Position numbers and translations under genes: made by a program. From Acinetobacter sp. (lineage in GTDB: Bacteria; Pseudomonadota; Gammaproteobacteria; Pseudomonadales; Moraxellaceae), in contig JAXMGF010000001.1 of assembly GCA_046347365.1 (NCBI GenBank), positions 44,954 through 108,953 on the forward strand: a DNA stretch of 64,000 nucleotides, read 5' to 3'. Positions 35,325-44,476 of this stretch are shown piece by piece (the stretch's first letter is position 1; every line of letters starts with the position of its first letter). The notes beneath the pieces were generated by a model. It made no database searches, was not told the origin of the DNA, and worked only from the letters and a program-made list of their open reading frames with translations.

Positions 35325-35645
35325 TCAGGCCTCACCCTCAAACTTCACGCCATCCCAGCCATTCTGCATAAACTGACGGATATTCTGGTGGTCGCTTGCT
35401 TCAGGCGTGGCAAGTACAGAGGCATAATGTTCCGCAAACAACTTGAGGGTGTCCTGTTGGCTTAAACTCTCAAGTTTGGCAAAGGAGAACACTTTGGCAC
35501 TGCCCTGATTTTCAGTTGCCGCATTAAACTGCGCGCCATTTTGAAAAGCCGTTGGCGTATGTTGATAACGCGCCTCGATAAATGCCAACACGTCTGCAAA
35601 CTTTGCAGAACCATCTTTTAATTGTGCCAATAGTTCTTGAGCCAT
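35325..35645 (-). CDS. HopJ-family (HopJ type III effector-like) protein
   Basis: FADVLAFI, NQGSAKVFSFA, FAEHY, HQNIRQF..GW; the true stop may be at 35314. Confidence 0.85.
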   Translation of the reverse strand: MAQELLAQLKDGSAKFADVLAFIEARYQHTPTAFQNGAQFNAATENQGSAKVFSFAKLESLSQQDTLKLFAEHYASVLATPEASDHQNIRQFMQNGWDGVKFEGEA

Positions 35646-35837
35646 ATTCAGTTCCCTGTTGATCAAATGAATGGCAGCATCATAGCATTGAATCAGTGGA
35701 ATTGATGAAGACGGGAATTAAACTGGATGCAACGAGCACAGGTGGTTTAAGCCCAGGTAAGAGGGTGTAAAGAATTAACCTATTTAAAAGTCATCAATAT
35801 AGAAACTATTTTTTCGCTTTTTGTAGATTCCCTAAGC

Positions 35838-35876
35838 TGTGGATAACAAACCGCCTTATGCACGAGCTTATCACGG
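35838..35876. promoter_or_regulatory. Cluster of three DnaA-box-like sites
   Basis: TGTGGATAA 35838; opposite-orientation TTATGCACG 35856 and TTATCACGG 35868. Confidence 0.5.
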
Positions 35877-35925
35877 CTTAAAGCAACCAGTTGAGTTGTC
35901 GCAAAATTATGTTATTTTAGGGTAA

Positions 35926-35979
35926 AGGAGATGGCATTCTTCCTGTTACAAACCGCCATAGTGGCTAATGATGCCTACG
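35926..35979 (+). ncRNA. Fluoride riboswitch (crcB motif)
   Basis: GGAGATGGCATTCTTCC...AAACCGCC...GGCTAATGATGCCTAC, upstream of a crcB gene. Confidence 0.92.
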
Positions 35980-36108
35980 TGACCCTGAATAGGGGACGTA
36001 GGTTCGTGCGTCTCTATTCTCTATCTAGGTTCGCAGATGAAAAAATTTCTAGCACAAGCAAAAATTTATATCAATCCTCCATTTTCTCCAAATCTTTTGG
36101 GGTGAGCC

Positions 36109-36498
36109 ATGTATTATCCTTTAATTTCAATTGCTCTGGGTTCTGTACTGGGTGCATGGTTGCGCTGGTTTCTGGGTTTAAAGCTGAATCCCATTTTTCC
36201 AGATATTCCTTTGGGTACGGTCACCGTTAATTTTGTGGGTGGCTTTATTATTGGCTTTGCAATTTCTTATTTTTCCCAAACTGCGCTGAGTCCCAATCAC
36301 AAACTGTTTGTGATTACGGGATTTTGTGGCGCACGACCACATTTTCGACTTTTTCCGCCGAAATTATTGCCCTATTACAAAGTGGCAAGCTGGGCTACGC
36401 CGCAATGCAGCGATTTTAATTCATGTGATGGGGCGTTGCTGTTTTGCATTCTGGGCATGAGCTTTCATCAATGGCTGACGGCTATAGCTTGGGAATGA
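36109..36498 (+). CDS. crcB: Fluoride channel Fluc/CrcB (frameshifted in the 3' third)
   Basis: GSVLGAWLRW, PLGTVTVNFVGGFIIG, ITGFCG; TTFSTFS in the shifted frame. Confidence 0.92.
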   Translation: MYYPLISIALGSVLGAWLRWFLGLKLNPIFPDIPLGTVTVNFVGGFIIGFAISYFSQTALSPNHKLFVITGFCGARPHFRLFPPKLLPYYKVASWATPQCSDFNSCDGALLFCILGMSFHQWLTAIAWE

Positions 36499-36506
36499 TC
36501 TGCAGA

Positions 36507-36655
36507 ATGAATGAATTTTACTTGATTTTATACAGCACAAAATCGAACTTATCAGGGACAGAAGATGAGTGAGTGGTTGGTAGCCTTGTCGCAGAAGCAA
36601 ATGAACTTAGGTGGTGCGACTGTATTGGCGAGAATGGAAAGGTTGGTCAGAGCAA
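36507..36655 (+). pseudogene. Truncated DUF190-family gene
   Basis: With indel corrections it reads MNEFYLIFYTAQNRTYQGQKMSEWLV...GGATVLA, resembling the N-terminus of crcB-linked DUF190; similarity then stops. Confidence 0.55.
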
Positions 36656-37150
36656 CTTTTGCTTTATTAATAATTCCATCTGCCTGATCAAACTGTTTTT
36701 GCTTTCAGTTCTTATATTGATCTGTGTGCTTGTCGCCCAAAATTCCCTTTGCCCCTTTAAATCCAAGCCAGCATCTTGCCTTATAAATTTGCCAACACGT
36801 CCACACCAGTCGGAATACTTCAAGCTAGACCAACTATAGCTAAATTCTAAAAATATTAGTACATGGAAACATCTGTAAAACCTGATTTCCTGGTTTAGGT
36901 GTAATGATAAATTACGTATTCAGCTATATAGTCTCTGGTACAGCCGCAGACCTTTCATTAGAGATGCACCAGCGTCTGAACACTTGTTAAAGGAAGCCTT
37001 TGTCTTGTTGTTGAGTTTTTATTCAGGAATATCGAATTTTTTAACTTTTATCATGATTTTTATTTAGAATTTGTCGAACCTTATGGGGGGGATAGTAATT
37101 TGAAATTAACCTATGGTAATTTCATATAACTATTAGTTTTTAGTGGGGAT

Positions 37151-37830
37151 ATGAAAACTCAAAATAAGAATGGTCTAATATTCTTTTTATTAGCGTTTAC
37201 TATCATTACTTGTTGCATTTTTTTCTTTTGCTCCAAAATCTTTAAAACTTAAATCATTTGGCAGAGAATGCGCCACCAAAAACAGAGCCAACTTTAAAGC
37301 CGTTTTATGGTAAAACTGATGAAGAATTAGCAGGAGAGTATGCTCAGAAAAAACCTTGGGAAATGGATTGGAGTACTGCTAAATCAGTAAATCAATCTCA
37401 AGAACAAACTGGCTGGGATAATGGAACAACACACCATCAACAGAAGTACAGAACAGTAATTTAGCAACTACATCAACCTATCCCTATAAAAAATTCTTCT
37501 TACAATTATCATTCATATGATGACAGTAATAGCGACAAGTATGTTTATCGCACACGCCCTGTCGAGGATACTGGTTCTCGAATTTCAAACGATTATTATC
37601 AAAATACTGACAACTACTCTAGCCCAAAAACACACTATGATGATTACTCAACCTCCGCTTAATTCATATTCAGCACCAATGCCACAACGCCAACCATCCA
37701 CAATAACAAACTGTGATAGTGCAGGTTGTTGGGGGTCGGATGGTACTCGTTATAATCGTGGTGCAGGTGATACTTATTTCCCTTCTACTGGTGGCTCATG
37801 CCAAAGTGTTGGCGGACAAGTAATGTAATT
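37151..37830 (+). pseudogene. Fragmented hypothetical exported protein with Cys/Gly C-terminal motif
   Basis: Hydrophobic N-terminus; C-terminal ITNCDSAGCWGSDGTRYNRGAGDTYFPSTGGSCQ. Confidence 0.5.
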
Positions 37831-37948
37831 AAACAATTAAAGCCGACTTGATGTCGGCAACGCTTTAATCAATTGATTAATTAATTCTAATATTCTGCTT
37901 TTCGATGGATCGTCATCAGGTAGCTTTTCAGCTAGGGTCTGTTGAGAA

Positions 37949-38335
37949 TTACCGAGAGTTAATTACACTCGCGCACAATTGAATCATGGCTTCAAAACTC
38001 GTATCTGTTTTACAACTACGCATCGCTATACGTTTAAATTCTTTTAACTTACAGAAATAGTTTTCAATGAGATGACGCCATTTATACATAGTCGTATCAA
38101 ATGCTCTCATTACTTTTCGATTAGATTTGGGTGGGATCACCACTTTCACTTTACGTTCATTGAGTTCTTGGATGAGCCAATCTGCATCAAATGCTTTATC
38201 CGCTAGTAATGCTTGAAAATCAACATCTTCAATTAAAGGTTTGGTTTCTACTAAATCGTGATATTGACCAGGCATTAATCGAAACTTAATGAGGTTGCCT
38301 AGACTATCCACTAAGGCAAGAATTTTACAGGTCAT
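37949..38335 (-). CDS. IS5-family transposase, ORF B (probably fused by a programmed frameshift)
   Basis: LADKAFD, IPPKSNR, YKWRHLIENYFCKLKEFKRIAMR. Confidence 0.9.
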   Translation of the reverse strand: MTCKILALVDSLGNLIKFRLMPGQYHDLVETKPLIEDVDFQALLADKAFDADWLIQELNERKVKVVIPPKSNRKVMRAFDTTMYKWRHLIENYFCKLKEFKRIAMRSCKTDTSFEAMIQLCASVINSR

Positions 38336-38352
38336 TCCACCTCGAGATTTAC

Positions 38353-38700
38353 CTATAGACTGTTTGAAAGTCCCCCTTTTGCACCTTGCCCATGTCGATG
38401 AACTTTAACAATCGTTCCATCAATCATGGCGTATTCCAAATCAACATCTTCATTTACAGATGCAAAAATAGTTTCAAATACACCAGCTTTCACCCAGTCA
38501 CGGTATCTTTTAAAGACGGTATTCCATTTACCAAAATGAGGAGGTAGATCACGCCATGGACTGCCTGTACGGGCAATCCATAGGACTGCTTCTAAAAATA
38601 ATCGATTATCTTTTCCACTACGACCTCGATCGGTCACTTTACCTAGGCAAAAAGGTTCCATTTTTGCCCATTGGGCATCAGTAAGTATGTATCTATCCAT
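38353..38700 (-). CDS. IS5-family transposase, ORF A
   Basis: LTDAQW, WIARTGSPWRDLP, IDGTIVKVH; AAAAGGGGG slippery site near its 3' end. Confidence 0.9.
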   Translation of the reverse strand: MDRYILTDAQWAKMEPFCLGKVTDRGRSGKDNRLFLEAVLWIARTGSPWRDLPPHFGKWNTVFKRYRDWVKAGVFETIFASVNEDVDLEYAMIDGTIVKVHRHGQGAKGGLSNSL

Positions 38701-38867
38701 AGTACTATTATAAATTAATCAGTAGCCTTTGTTAATTCTCAACAAGCCCTAGTTTAATAGAAAATAAACAAAGCACGACCTAATCAGTCGCTTTATGTCA
38801 AAACACCGATTGAATTTGGTGTCGTTGCGCAGGCATCTACCGATTCATAGTATACAAAATCTAGAGA

Positions 38868-38910
38868 TAAAAAAGAAGTCTAAGCGGAGGAGATAGAACT
38901 CTTAGACTTC
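38868..38910 (-). terminator. Terminator after rpmE2
   Basis: GAAGTCTAAG...CTTAGACTTC stem with a T-run on the minus strand. Confidence 0.65.
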
Positions 38911-38948
38911 CAATATTAATAGCTTAATCAGCAAAACTTAAAATTAGA

Positions 38949-39203
38949 TTAAGCCTTGCGGTTAAAACGGGAAAAACGTTTATTAAAGCTGGCAACACGA
39001 CCTTCATTACTTGCTTGGCGTACTTCACCTGTATAAAACGGATGTGATGCGCTGGAAATATCAGTGTGACGTAGGGATAAACCTTGCCCTGATATTCCTT
39101 GGTCTGTTTTGGTTTGAATGGTGCTTCCAATCAGGAAATAAGCATCAGCATTGGTGTCATGAAAAAGAACCTGTTGATAAGCAGGATGGATATCTTTACG
39201 CAT
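38949..39203 (-). CDS. rpmE2: 50S ribosomal protein L31 type B (internal frameshifts)
   Basis: [36 protein letters not shown]; no Zn-binding cysteines. Confidence 0.9.
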   Translation of the reverse strand: MRKDIHPAYQQVLFHDTNADAYFLIGSTIQTKTDQGISGQGLSLRHTDISSASHPFYTGEVRQASNEGRVASFNKRFSRFNRKA

Positions 39204-39227
39204 TGTGAAATACTCCATTGTTTTATG

Positions 39228-39245
39228 AAATGTTATAACATAACA
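39228..39245. promoter_or_regulatory. Zur box
   Basis: AAATGTTAT-AAC-ATAACA palindrome upstream of the Zn-free L31 paralog. Confidence 0.85.
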
Positions 39246-39310
39246 ATAAATGGAGTCAATCTAATCTATTTCAAGTTTTGTTTCCGATCATTTTGGTCTG
39301 ATGAGATCAC

Positions 39311-40642
39311 TTAGCCAGACAGGGCGGTTATGAAAATCCTGTATCAAGTGCTAATTGGGAACCAATTCTCAAACAGATCATTCCAGTTGTCATGTACCTT
39401 AAGATGGATCAGGTTCCAGTAATGTCCTGAAATTGTACGGTTGACCATTAATGTATCTGTAGATGGCTTAAACACATCCCAGTATTTCAATGATTTTTCA
39501 CCAGACGCATGCCATCGTGATGGGGGGATGAGTTTTCAACAATCATAATGGGTACTGAGTGGACGCAATAACACTTCAATCCACTGAATATAAAGTTCAC
39601 TTGGGAATTTTTGTTTCTCAGCAATTGAATGCAGTTCAACCAGTAAATCTTCAACCTGGGCAATATCCTCCTGACGTGCAGCATTGACCAGTGCCTTGAA
39701 GTGCTGAATCAGTTCTGGTGAAAGGGTTTTGACACTGCCATAGTCGTAGATGATGATACTGCCATCTTCCCGAAAGGCAAAATTGCCTGGATGTGGGTCA
39801 CAATGGAAGCGTTTCAGGAAGAATATTTCCTGTCCGAGGGCACGGATCAGGCGGCGGCCAATCTGGTTGCGGGTTTCAACCGACCATGTGCTTGCGGTTT
39901 CAATGGATTCGCCCTGTTCCAGACTGAGTGTGAGTACCCTGCGCGAAGAATATTGTTTATACACGGTTGGAATAATTACTTGATCATCAAGCTGTTCATG
40001 GAAAGTCTTAAATACTTCCAGATTCTGCGCCTCAATTTCGTAGTTTAATTCTGCGGAAAGGCTATCCTGAATCTCTTGAAACAACTGATCCTGTAATTTT
40101 TTATCAATCTTTAAAACACCCATTAAACGCAGGGCAAGACGGACCTGCTTTAAGTCACTTTCACAGGCTTGGTCAACGCCAGGATATTGCACTTTCACCA
40201 CAACCGCCTGACCATCAGGAAGTACTGCACGATGTACCTGACCAATCGAGGCTGCCGCAAAAGGCTCTGGCTCAAATGAGGTAAAAATCTCATTCAGTGG
40301 CTTACCCAGTTCTTTTTCGACCTGCTGCTTGATTTCAGCAAAAGGCATGGCTGGGGCTTGGCGTTGTAGTTTTGAGATCGCCTTGGCGACTTCAGGTGGG
40401 AAAATGTCTTTGTATTGTGAGGCGATCTGTCCGACTTTCATCACTGCGCCTTTCATTTCTCCAAGTGTATCGGCAATCTGTAAACCGATTTCCTGAAAAA
40501 GCTGGCTGCGTGCCGCATTTTTTTGTTCTTCATCTGCGGTCAGGTTGCGAATGGAATTGGCCACGCTTTTGCTGGCGATGCTTGCAGTCATGCCCGCCAG
40601 TTTTAGAAAACGTTTACTGGGAGAACTTGCATGCTTTGCCAT
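39311..40642 (-). CDS. ABC1/UbiB-family atypical kinase (frameshifted near the 3' end; end approximate)
   Basis: MKVGQ, AAASIGQVHRA, VKVQYPG, HCDPHPGNF, YDYG. Confidence 0.9.
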
Positions 40643-40831
40643 GATGGTTGGACCTCTGTGATCTGATTTTAAGCGATACCTTGATCATAGGCGACAAAAC
40701 TTAAATTGCCTAGATGAAAATGTTAAGTCGTGTAAGTCTTATGAATCAATCACTCCATCTTGTTGGGTTTTATTATCATGAGGGCAGTATCCACGCTAGC
40801 CTTATCATAGTAACTGAATAGGAGCTGTTGC

Positions 40832-42193
40832 TTATGGATTTGAGTTTGTCAGTTGCATCAAACGTTTATTATTCAAATATAAACGACCAATTAACAGGAC
40901 ACAGGCTATGGTTAAACCAATGATCAGGCCCAGCCAAACACCCGCCACGCCCCAAATGGTATAGCGGGCCAAGTACAAGCCAATTGGAAAAGCCACCACC
41001 CAATACGCCATCAGGGTAATCCACATCGGAGCCTGTGTATCCTGCATGCCACGCAGACAGCCTGCCGCACTGACCTGCCAGCCATCCACCAATTGATACG
41101 CCATTGCGAACCAGAGCAGGTACATGGCAATCGGCATGATGTGTACATCATTGGTATAAATCGCCACGATATAGGGACGGGCTAAGGCAATCAGGGCCAT
41201 GGTACAGGCAGCAAAGATGGTCGCACTAATCAACCCGACTTTTTGTACCTGACGCATGGCGAGCCAGTTTTTTTCGCCATAATACATGCCAACCCGAATG
41301 GTTAAGGCTATCGCTAACGATAGCGGAATCATAAACAGTTGTGACGTGACGGAAATGGCGATCTGGTGCGCTGCAATTGCATTTTCACCTAATGGACTCA
41401 GGACAATTGCCCCTGTACTAAAGATACTCACCTCAAAAAAAACCGCCAGACCAATCGGAAAGCCCAGTTTTAGAATACGTTTTGTCCAGCCTAGGTCCAG
41501 TTTTTCCCATTGGGTAAAGATCGGTGCCTGTTTGTAAGCCTGAGCTCTGGAAATATAGATGGCTAAAGTGATGAACATCAGCCATTGCAAGATGGCCGTG
41601 GCAAAGCCACAGCCTGCGCTTCCCAATGCTGGAATAGGACCAAATCCATACATGAAAACAAGGTTCAGGGGAATCAGCGCCAATAATGCAAGCAGGCTAA
41701 TTGCTGTAACAGGACGGGGATGTCCCAATGCTTCGGAATAACTACGCAGGGCGGCATACATCATCACTGCTGGCATGCCAAAACCAATCGCATGCAGGAA
41801 CAGGCTGGCTTTGGGGAGTAAGCTTTCAGGCACACCAAACAGGGGTAAAAAGAATGGCATGCCTTGCAGGATCAACATGGCAACCACTCCAAGAATTGCG
41901 GCAACCCATAAGGACTGGCGTGCAATGGTTGGGATTTTCTCAGGGGTTTTTGCGCCCCGTGCTTCCGCAACCAGTGGGGTGGTGGCAATCATGATGCCTG
42001 CAAACAGCAGCATAATTGGAATCCACAGCCCCACACCAATCGCGATTGCGGCAAGGTCGGCTGCGGATAAGTGGCCTGCCATAATCGTGTCAATCAAGCC
42101 TAAACCCGCTTGGGCGAACTGTGTAATCAGGATGGGTAACATCAGGTGAAACAGTTGCTTAAGTTCAAACCGTGCAGTGTGGGTGTGGGGCAC
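40832..42193 (-). CDS. MATE-family efflux pump (AbeM/NorM-like)
   Basis: About 12 TM helices; IDTIMAG, GSAGCGFAT, LRGMQDT. Confidence 0.92.
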   Translation of the reverse strand: MPHTHTARFELKQLFHLMLPILITQFAQAGLGLIDTIMAGHLSAADLAAIAIGVGLWIPIMLLFAGIMIATTPLVAEARGAKTPEKIPTIARQSLWVAAILGVVAMLILQGMPFFLPLFGVPESLLPKASLFLHAIGFGMPAVMMYAALRSYSEALGHPRPVTAISLLALLALIPLNLVFMYGFGPIPALGSAGCGFATAILQWLMFITLAIYISRAQAYKQAPIFTQWEKLDLGWTKRILKLGFPIGLAVFFEVSIFSTGAIVLSPLGENAIAAHQIAISVTSQLFMIPLSLAIALTIRVGMYYGEKNWLAMRQVQKVGLISATIFAACTMALIALARPYIVAIYTNDVHIMPIAMYLLWFAMAYQLVDGWQVSAAGCLRGMQDTQAPMWITLMAYWVVAFPIGLYLARYTIWGVAGVWLGLIIGLTIACVLLIGRLYLNNKRLMQLTNSNP

Positions 42194-42221
42194 AAAAAAT
42201 ACTCTTTAAAATTGTGAAAAA

Positions 42222-42698
42222 TCAGCGTTGTAAAGTCAGTAAAACACCAAGGAAAATGACAATACCGCCCAGTAGGCGCTGCCAGTTGATAGGGGTTTTC
42301 TCTGTCCCTAACCAGCCAAAATGATCCAGTAACATGGAAATGACAAGCTGTCCGAAAATGACCAAACCCGTAAATGTTAAGAAGCCAAGTTTAGGTGCAG
42401 TATAAATGCTCGTACTAATTGCATAAACCCCAAGTATCCCACCCAGCCACAAGAACCACGGAATGTGTAAGAGTTCACTTAAACTTGGCTTTGCTGCGCC
42501 CTGGAAATAGACCATAACCGCAAGAATAATTGTACCAAACAAAAATGAAATAAAAGCGGCCTGTATGGGCGAATGTAAATATGTTTTAAGCTGGGTATTT
42601 ATTGCAGTTTGAAAGGCCATTGCAATACCAATTCCCAAAGCGAGGGGAATGATAAAAAGTAACTGGCTTGAGAGTTTGATCATATTTATATCATTCAT
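42222..42698 (-). CDS. DMT-family (YdcZ-like) membrane protein
   Basis: QTAIN, WLGGILG, GQLVISMLLDHFG. Confidence 0.85.
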   Translation of the reverse strand: MNDINMIKLSSQLLFIIPLALGIGIAMAFQTAINTQLKTYLHSPIQAAFISFLFGTIILAVMVYFQGAAKPSLSELLHIPWFLWLGGILGVYAISTSIYTAPKLGFLTFTGLVIFGQLVISMLLDHFGWLGTEKTPINWQRLLGGIVIFLGVLLTLQR

Positions 42699-42792
42699 TA
42701 TTCTTGGTAGTTCTCATACATAGCATAGATGATGAGCCGTTGATGAGTCGAGTCATGTTAAAATAATTAAGTTCTGTTATTGAGCTTATATT

Positions 42793-43947
42793 TTGAGTGC
42801 ATTAAATCCAGCCCTTATTCCACTTTCACTTTATATCCATATGCCTTGGTGTGTGCGCAAGTGCCCATACTGTGACTTTAACTCACATGCTGTACCTGAT
42901 GGTCAATTGTCTACAGATTTGGAACAGCAGTATCTGGCGGCATTGGTGGCTGACTTTGAAACTCAGCTGGAAATGGCACAAGGGCGCTCTATCCATAGCG
43001 TTTTTATTGGGGGGGGGACACCATCGCTGATTTCTGCACAGGGCTACACATGGTTATTTGAACAGCTCAGGGCTCGTCTGGACTTCGAGCCTGATTGCGA
43101 AATCACTTTGGAAGCCAACCCAGGAACGGTTGAGCATGATCCTTTTGCAGATTATCTTGCTGCGGGTATAAACCGATTGTCGATTGGTGTGCAAAGTTTT
43201 AATACGGAACATTTACAGCGTTTGGGAAGGATTCATTCTGCCGATAATGCGCTCAGTGCCATTCAGCAGGCGCGGCAGGCAGGCTTTGAGCGTGTCAATG
43301 TGGATTTAATGCATGGTTTACCGCAACAAACCCTTGAACAGGCTTTAACTGACCTCAAACTTGCGGTAGAGCAAGGCGCAACCCATATCAGTTGGTATCA
43401 GTTGACCATTGAGCCGAATACCGTTTTCTTCCGTACCCAACCTGTGCTTCCGCAGGATGAACTGTTGGAGCAGATACAGGAGCAGGGCGAAGCTTATTTA
43501 AAGGCGCAGGGCTTTATCAATTATGAGGTTTCCGCATGGCGTAAAGAACAGCCATCAGCGCACAACCTGAACTATTGGCAGTTTGGCGATTATTTGGCAA
43601 TTGGAGCGGGGGCACATGCTAAGATCACCCGTCCAGATGGAATTTATCGTTTTCAGAAAACCCGTTTGCCTAGGGATTATTTAGCCAAGGTTCCTGCGGA
43701 TCATCTCCAGATGAAAAAGATTGAAGCCGATGAATTACCTTTTGAATTTATGATGAATGCCTTGCGTTTAAATGATGGAGTTAATGCCGAACTTTATGAG
43801 CAGTGTACAGGACTTGATCTAAATGACCTGAATAAAACATTGAACCAATTGCGTGAAAAGAATTTATTGATTAACGATTTAAACCGCATCTCATGTACTA
43901 AACAGGGGCATGTGTTTTTAAATTCAGTGTTGGAAAGTTTTTTATAA
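42793..43947 (+). CDS. hemW: Radical SAM heme chaperone
   Basis: LYIHMPWCVRKCPYCDF, GGGTPS, YEVS, HNLNYW. Confidence 0.93.
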   Translation: MSALNPALIPLSLYIHMPWCVRKCPYCDFNSHAVPDGQLSTDLEQQYLAALVADFETQLEMAQGRSIHSVFIGGGTPSLISAQGYTWLFEQLRARLDFEPDCEITLEANPGTVEHDPFADYLAAGINRLSIGVQSFNTEHLQRLGRIHSADNALSAIQQARQAGFERVNVDLMHGLPQQTLEQALTDLKLAVEQGATHISWYQLTIEPNTVFFRTQPVLPQDELLEQIQEQGEAYLKAQGFINYEVSAWRKEQPSAHNLNYWQFGDYLAIGAGAHAKITRPDGIYRFQKTRLPRDYLAKVPADHLQMKKIEADELPFEFMMNALRLNDGVNAELYEQCTGLDLNDLNKTLNQLREKNLLINDLNRISCTKQGHVFLNSVLESFL

Positions 43948-43957
43948 TTTAGCTGCA

Positions 43958-43991
43958 AGATTGCTTTGAGCAAGAATGCTTAAAGTAATCT
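43958..43991 (+). terminator. 15-bp hairpin after hemW
   Basis: AGATTGCTTTGAGCA-AGAA-TGCTTAAAGTAATCT. Confidence 0.55.
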
Positions 43992-44033
43992 ATTTGTTGT
44001 TGTCATCTTTTAGAAAGATAGTTCGCACAAAAT

Positions 44034-44065
44034 AAAAAACCTCATCATTTAAGATGAGGTTTTTT
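44034..44065 (-). terminator. Terminator of the tRNA-Lys operon
   Basis: A-run-CCTCATC-loop-GATGAGG-T-run. Confidence 0.8.
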
Positions 44066-44071
44066 AGAATC

Positions 44072-44147
44072 TGGTGGGTCGCCCGCGATTCGAACGCGGG
44101 ACCAACGGATTAAAAGTCCGCTGCTCTACCGACTGAGCTAGCGACCC
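44072..44147 (-). tRNA. tRNA-Lys (UUU)
   Basis: 76 nt; GGGTCGC..., anticodon loop CTTTTAA, TTCGAA, CCA end. Confidence 0.97.
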
Positions 44148-44170
44148 AGATAATGATCAAAACTATAAAG

Positions 44171-44246
44171 TGGTGGGTCGTCCGCGACTCGAACGCGGGA
44201 CCAACGGATTAAAAGTCCGCTGCTCTACCAACTGAGCTAACGACCC
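44171..44246 (-). tRNA. tRNA-Lys (UUU)
   Basis: 76 nt; GGGTCGT..., anticodon loop CTTTTAA, TTCGAG, CCA end. Confidence 0.97.
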
Positions 44247-44305
44247 TGAGCGAGGATAAGTAAAGCAACGCTTTACCCGAGCGTAAGAGAAAATCTATGA
44301 TTTTC
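44245..44305 (-). repeat. Double-hairpin palindromic repeat, copy 2 (tRNA-Lys 5' leader)
   Basis: Minus strand GAAAATC-ATA-GATTTTC and GTAAAGC-GTT-GCTTTAC; similar to 20994-21054. Confidence 0.7.
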
Positions 44306-44376
44306 TTTGGTCTTGGATCCTAAGCAATCAGAGGAAAGATAAATCTTTCAAACACTACATCGTTTTGATGTTGCGT

Positions 44377-44405
44377 ATTCTAGCAATTTATTCAGCTAAC
44401 ACAAG
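44377..44405 (-). promoter_or_regulatory. Putative sigma70 promoter of the tRNA-Lys operon
   Basis: TTGTGT-17 nt-TAGAAT on the minus strand. Confidence 0.5.
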
Positions 44406-44476
44406 AGGAAATTGTAAATCATGCGAATGATTGTTTATAAAAAACACGATTTCCTCTCGTTTAGCTAAAAAATAAA

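Larger units (their letters stand above)
37935..38749 (-). mobile_element. IS5-family insertion sequence (IS427-group-like), 815 bp
   Basis: Inverted repeats GGGTCTGTTGAGAATTA and TAATTCTCAACAAGCCC (15/17), TA on both flanks, two transposase ORFs. Confidence 0.93.

Noticed and set aside
43948-44071. Integrated island at the tRNA-Lys 3' end
   Set aside because: No integrase or att duplication; core hemW follows directly.
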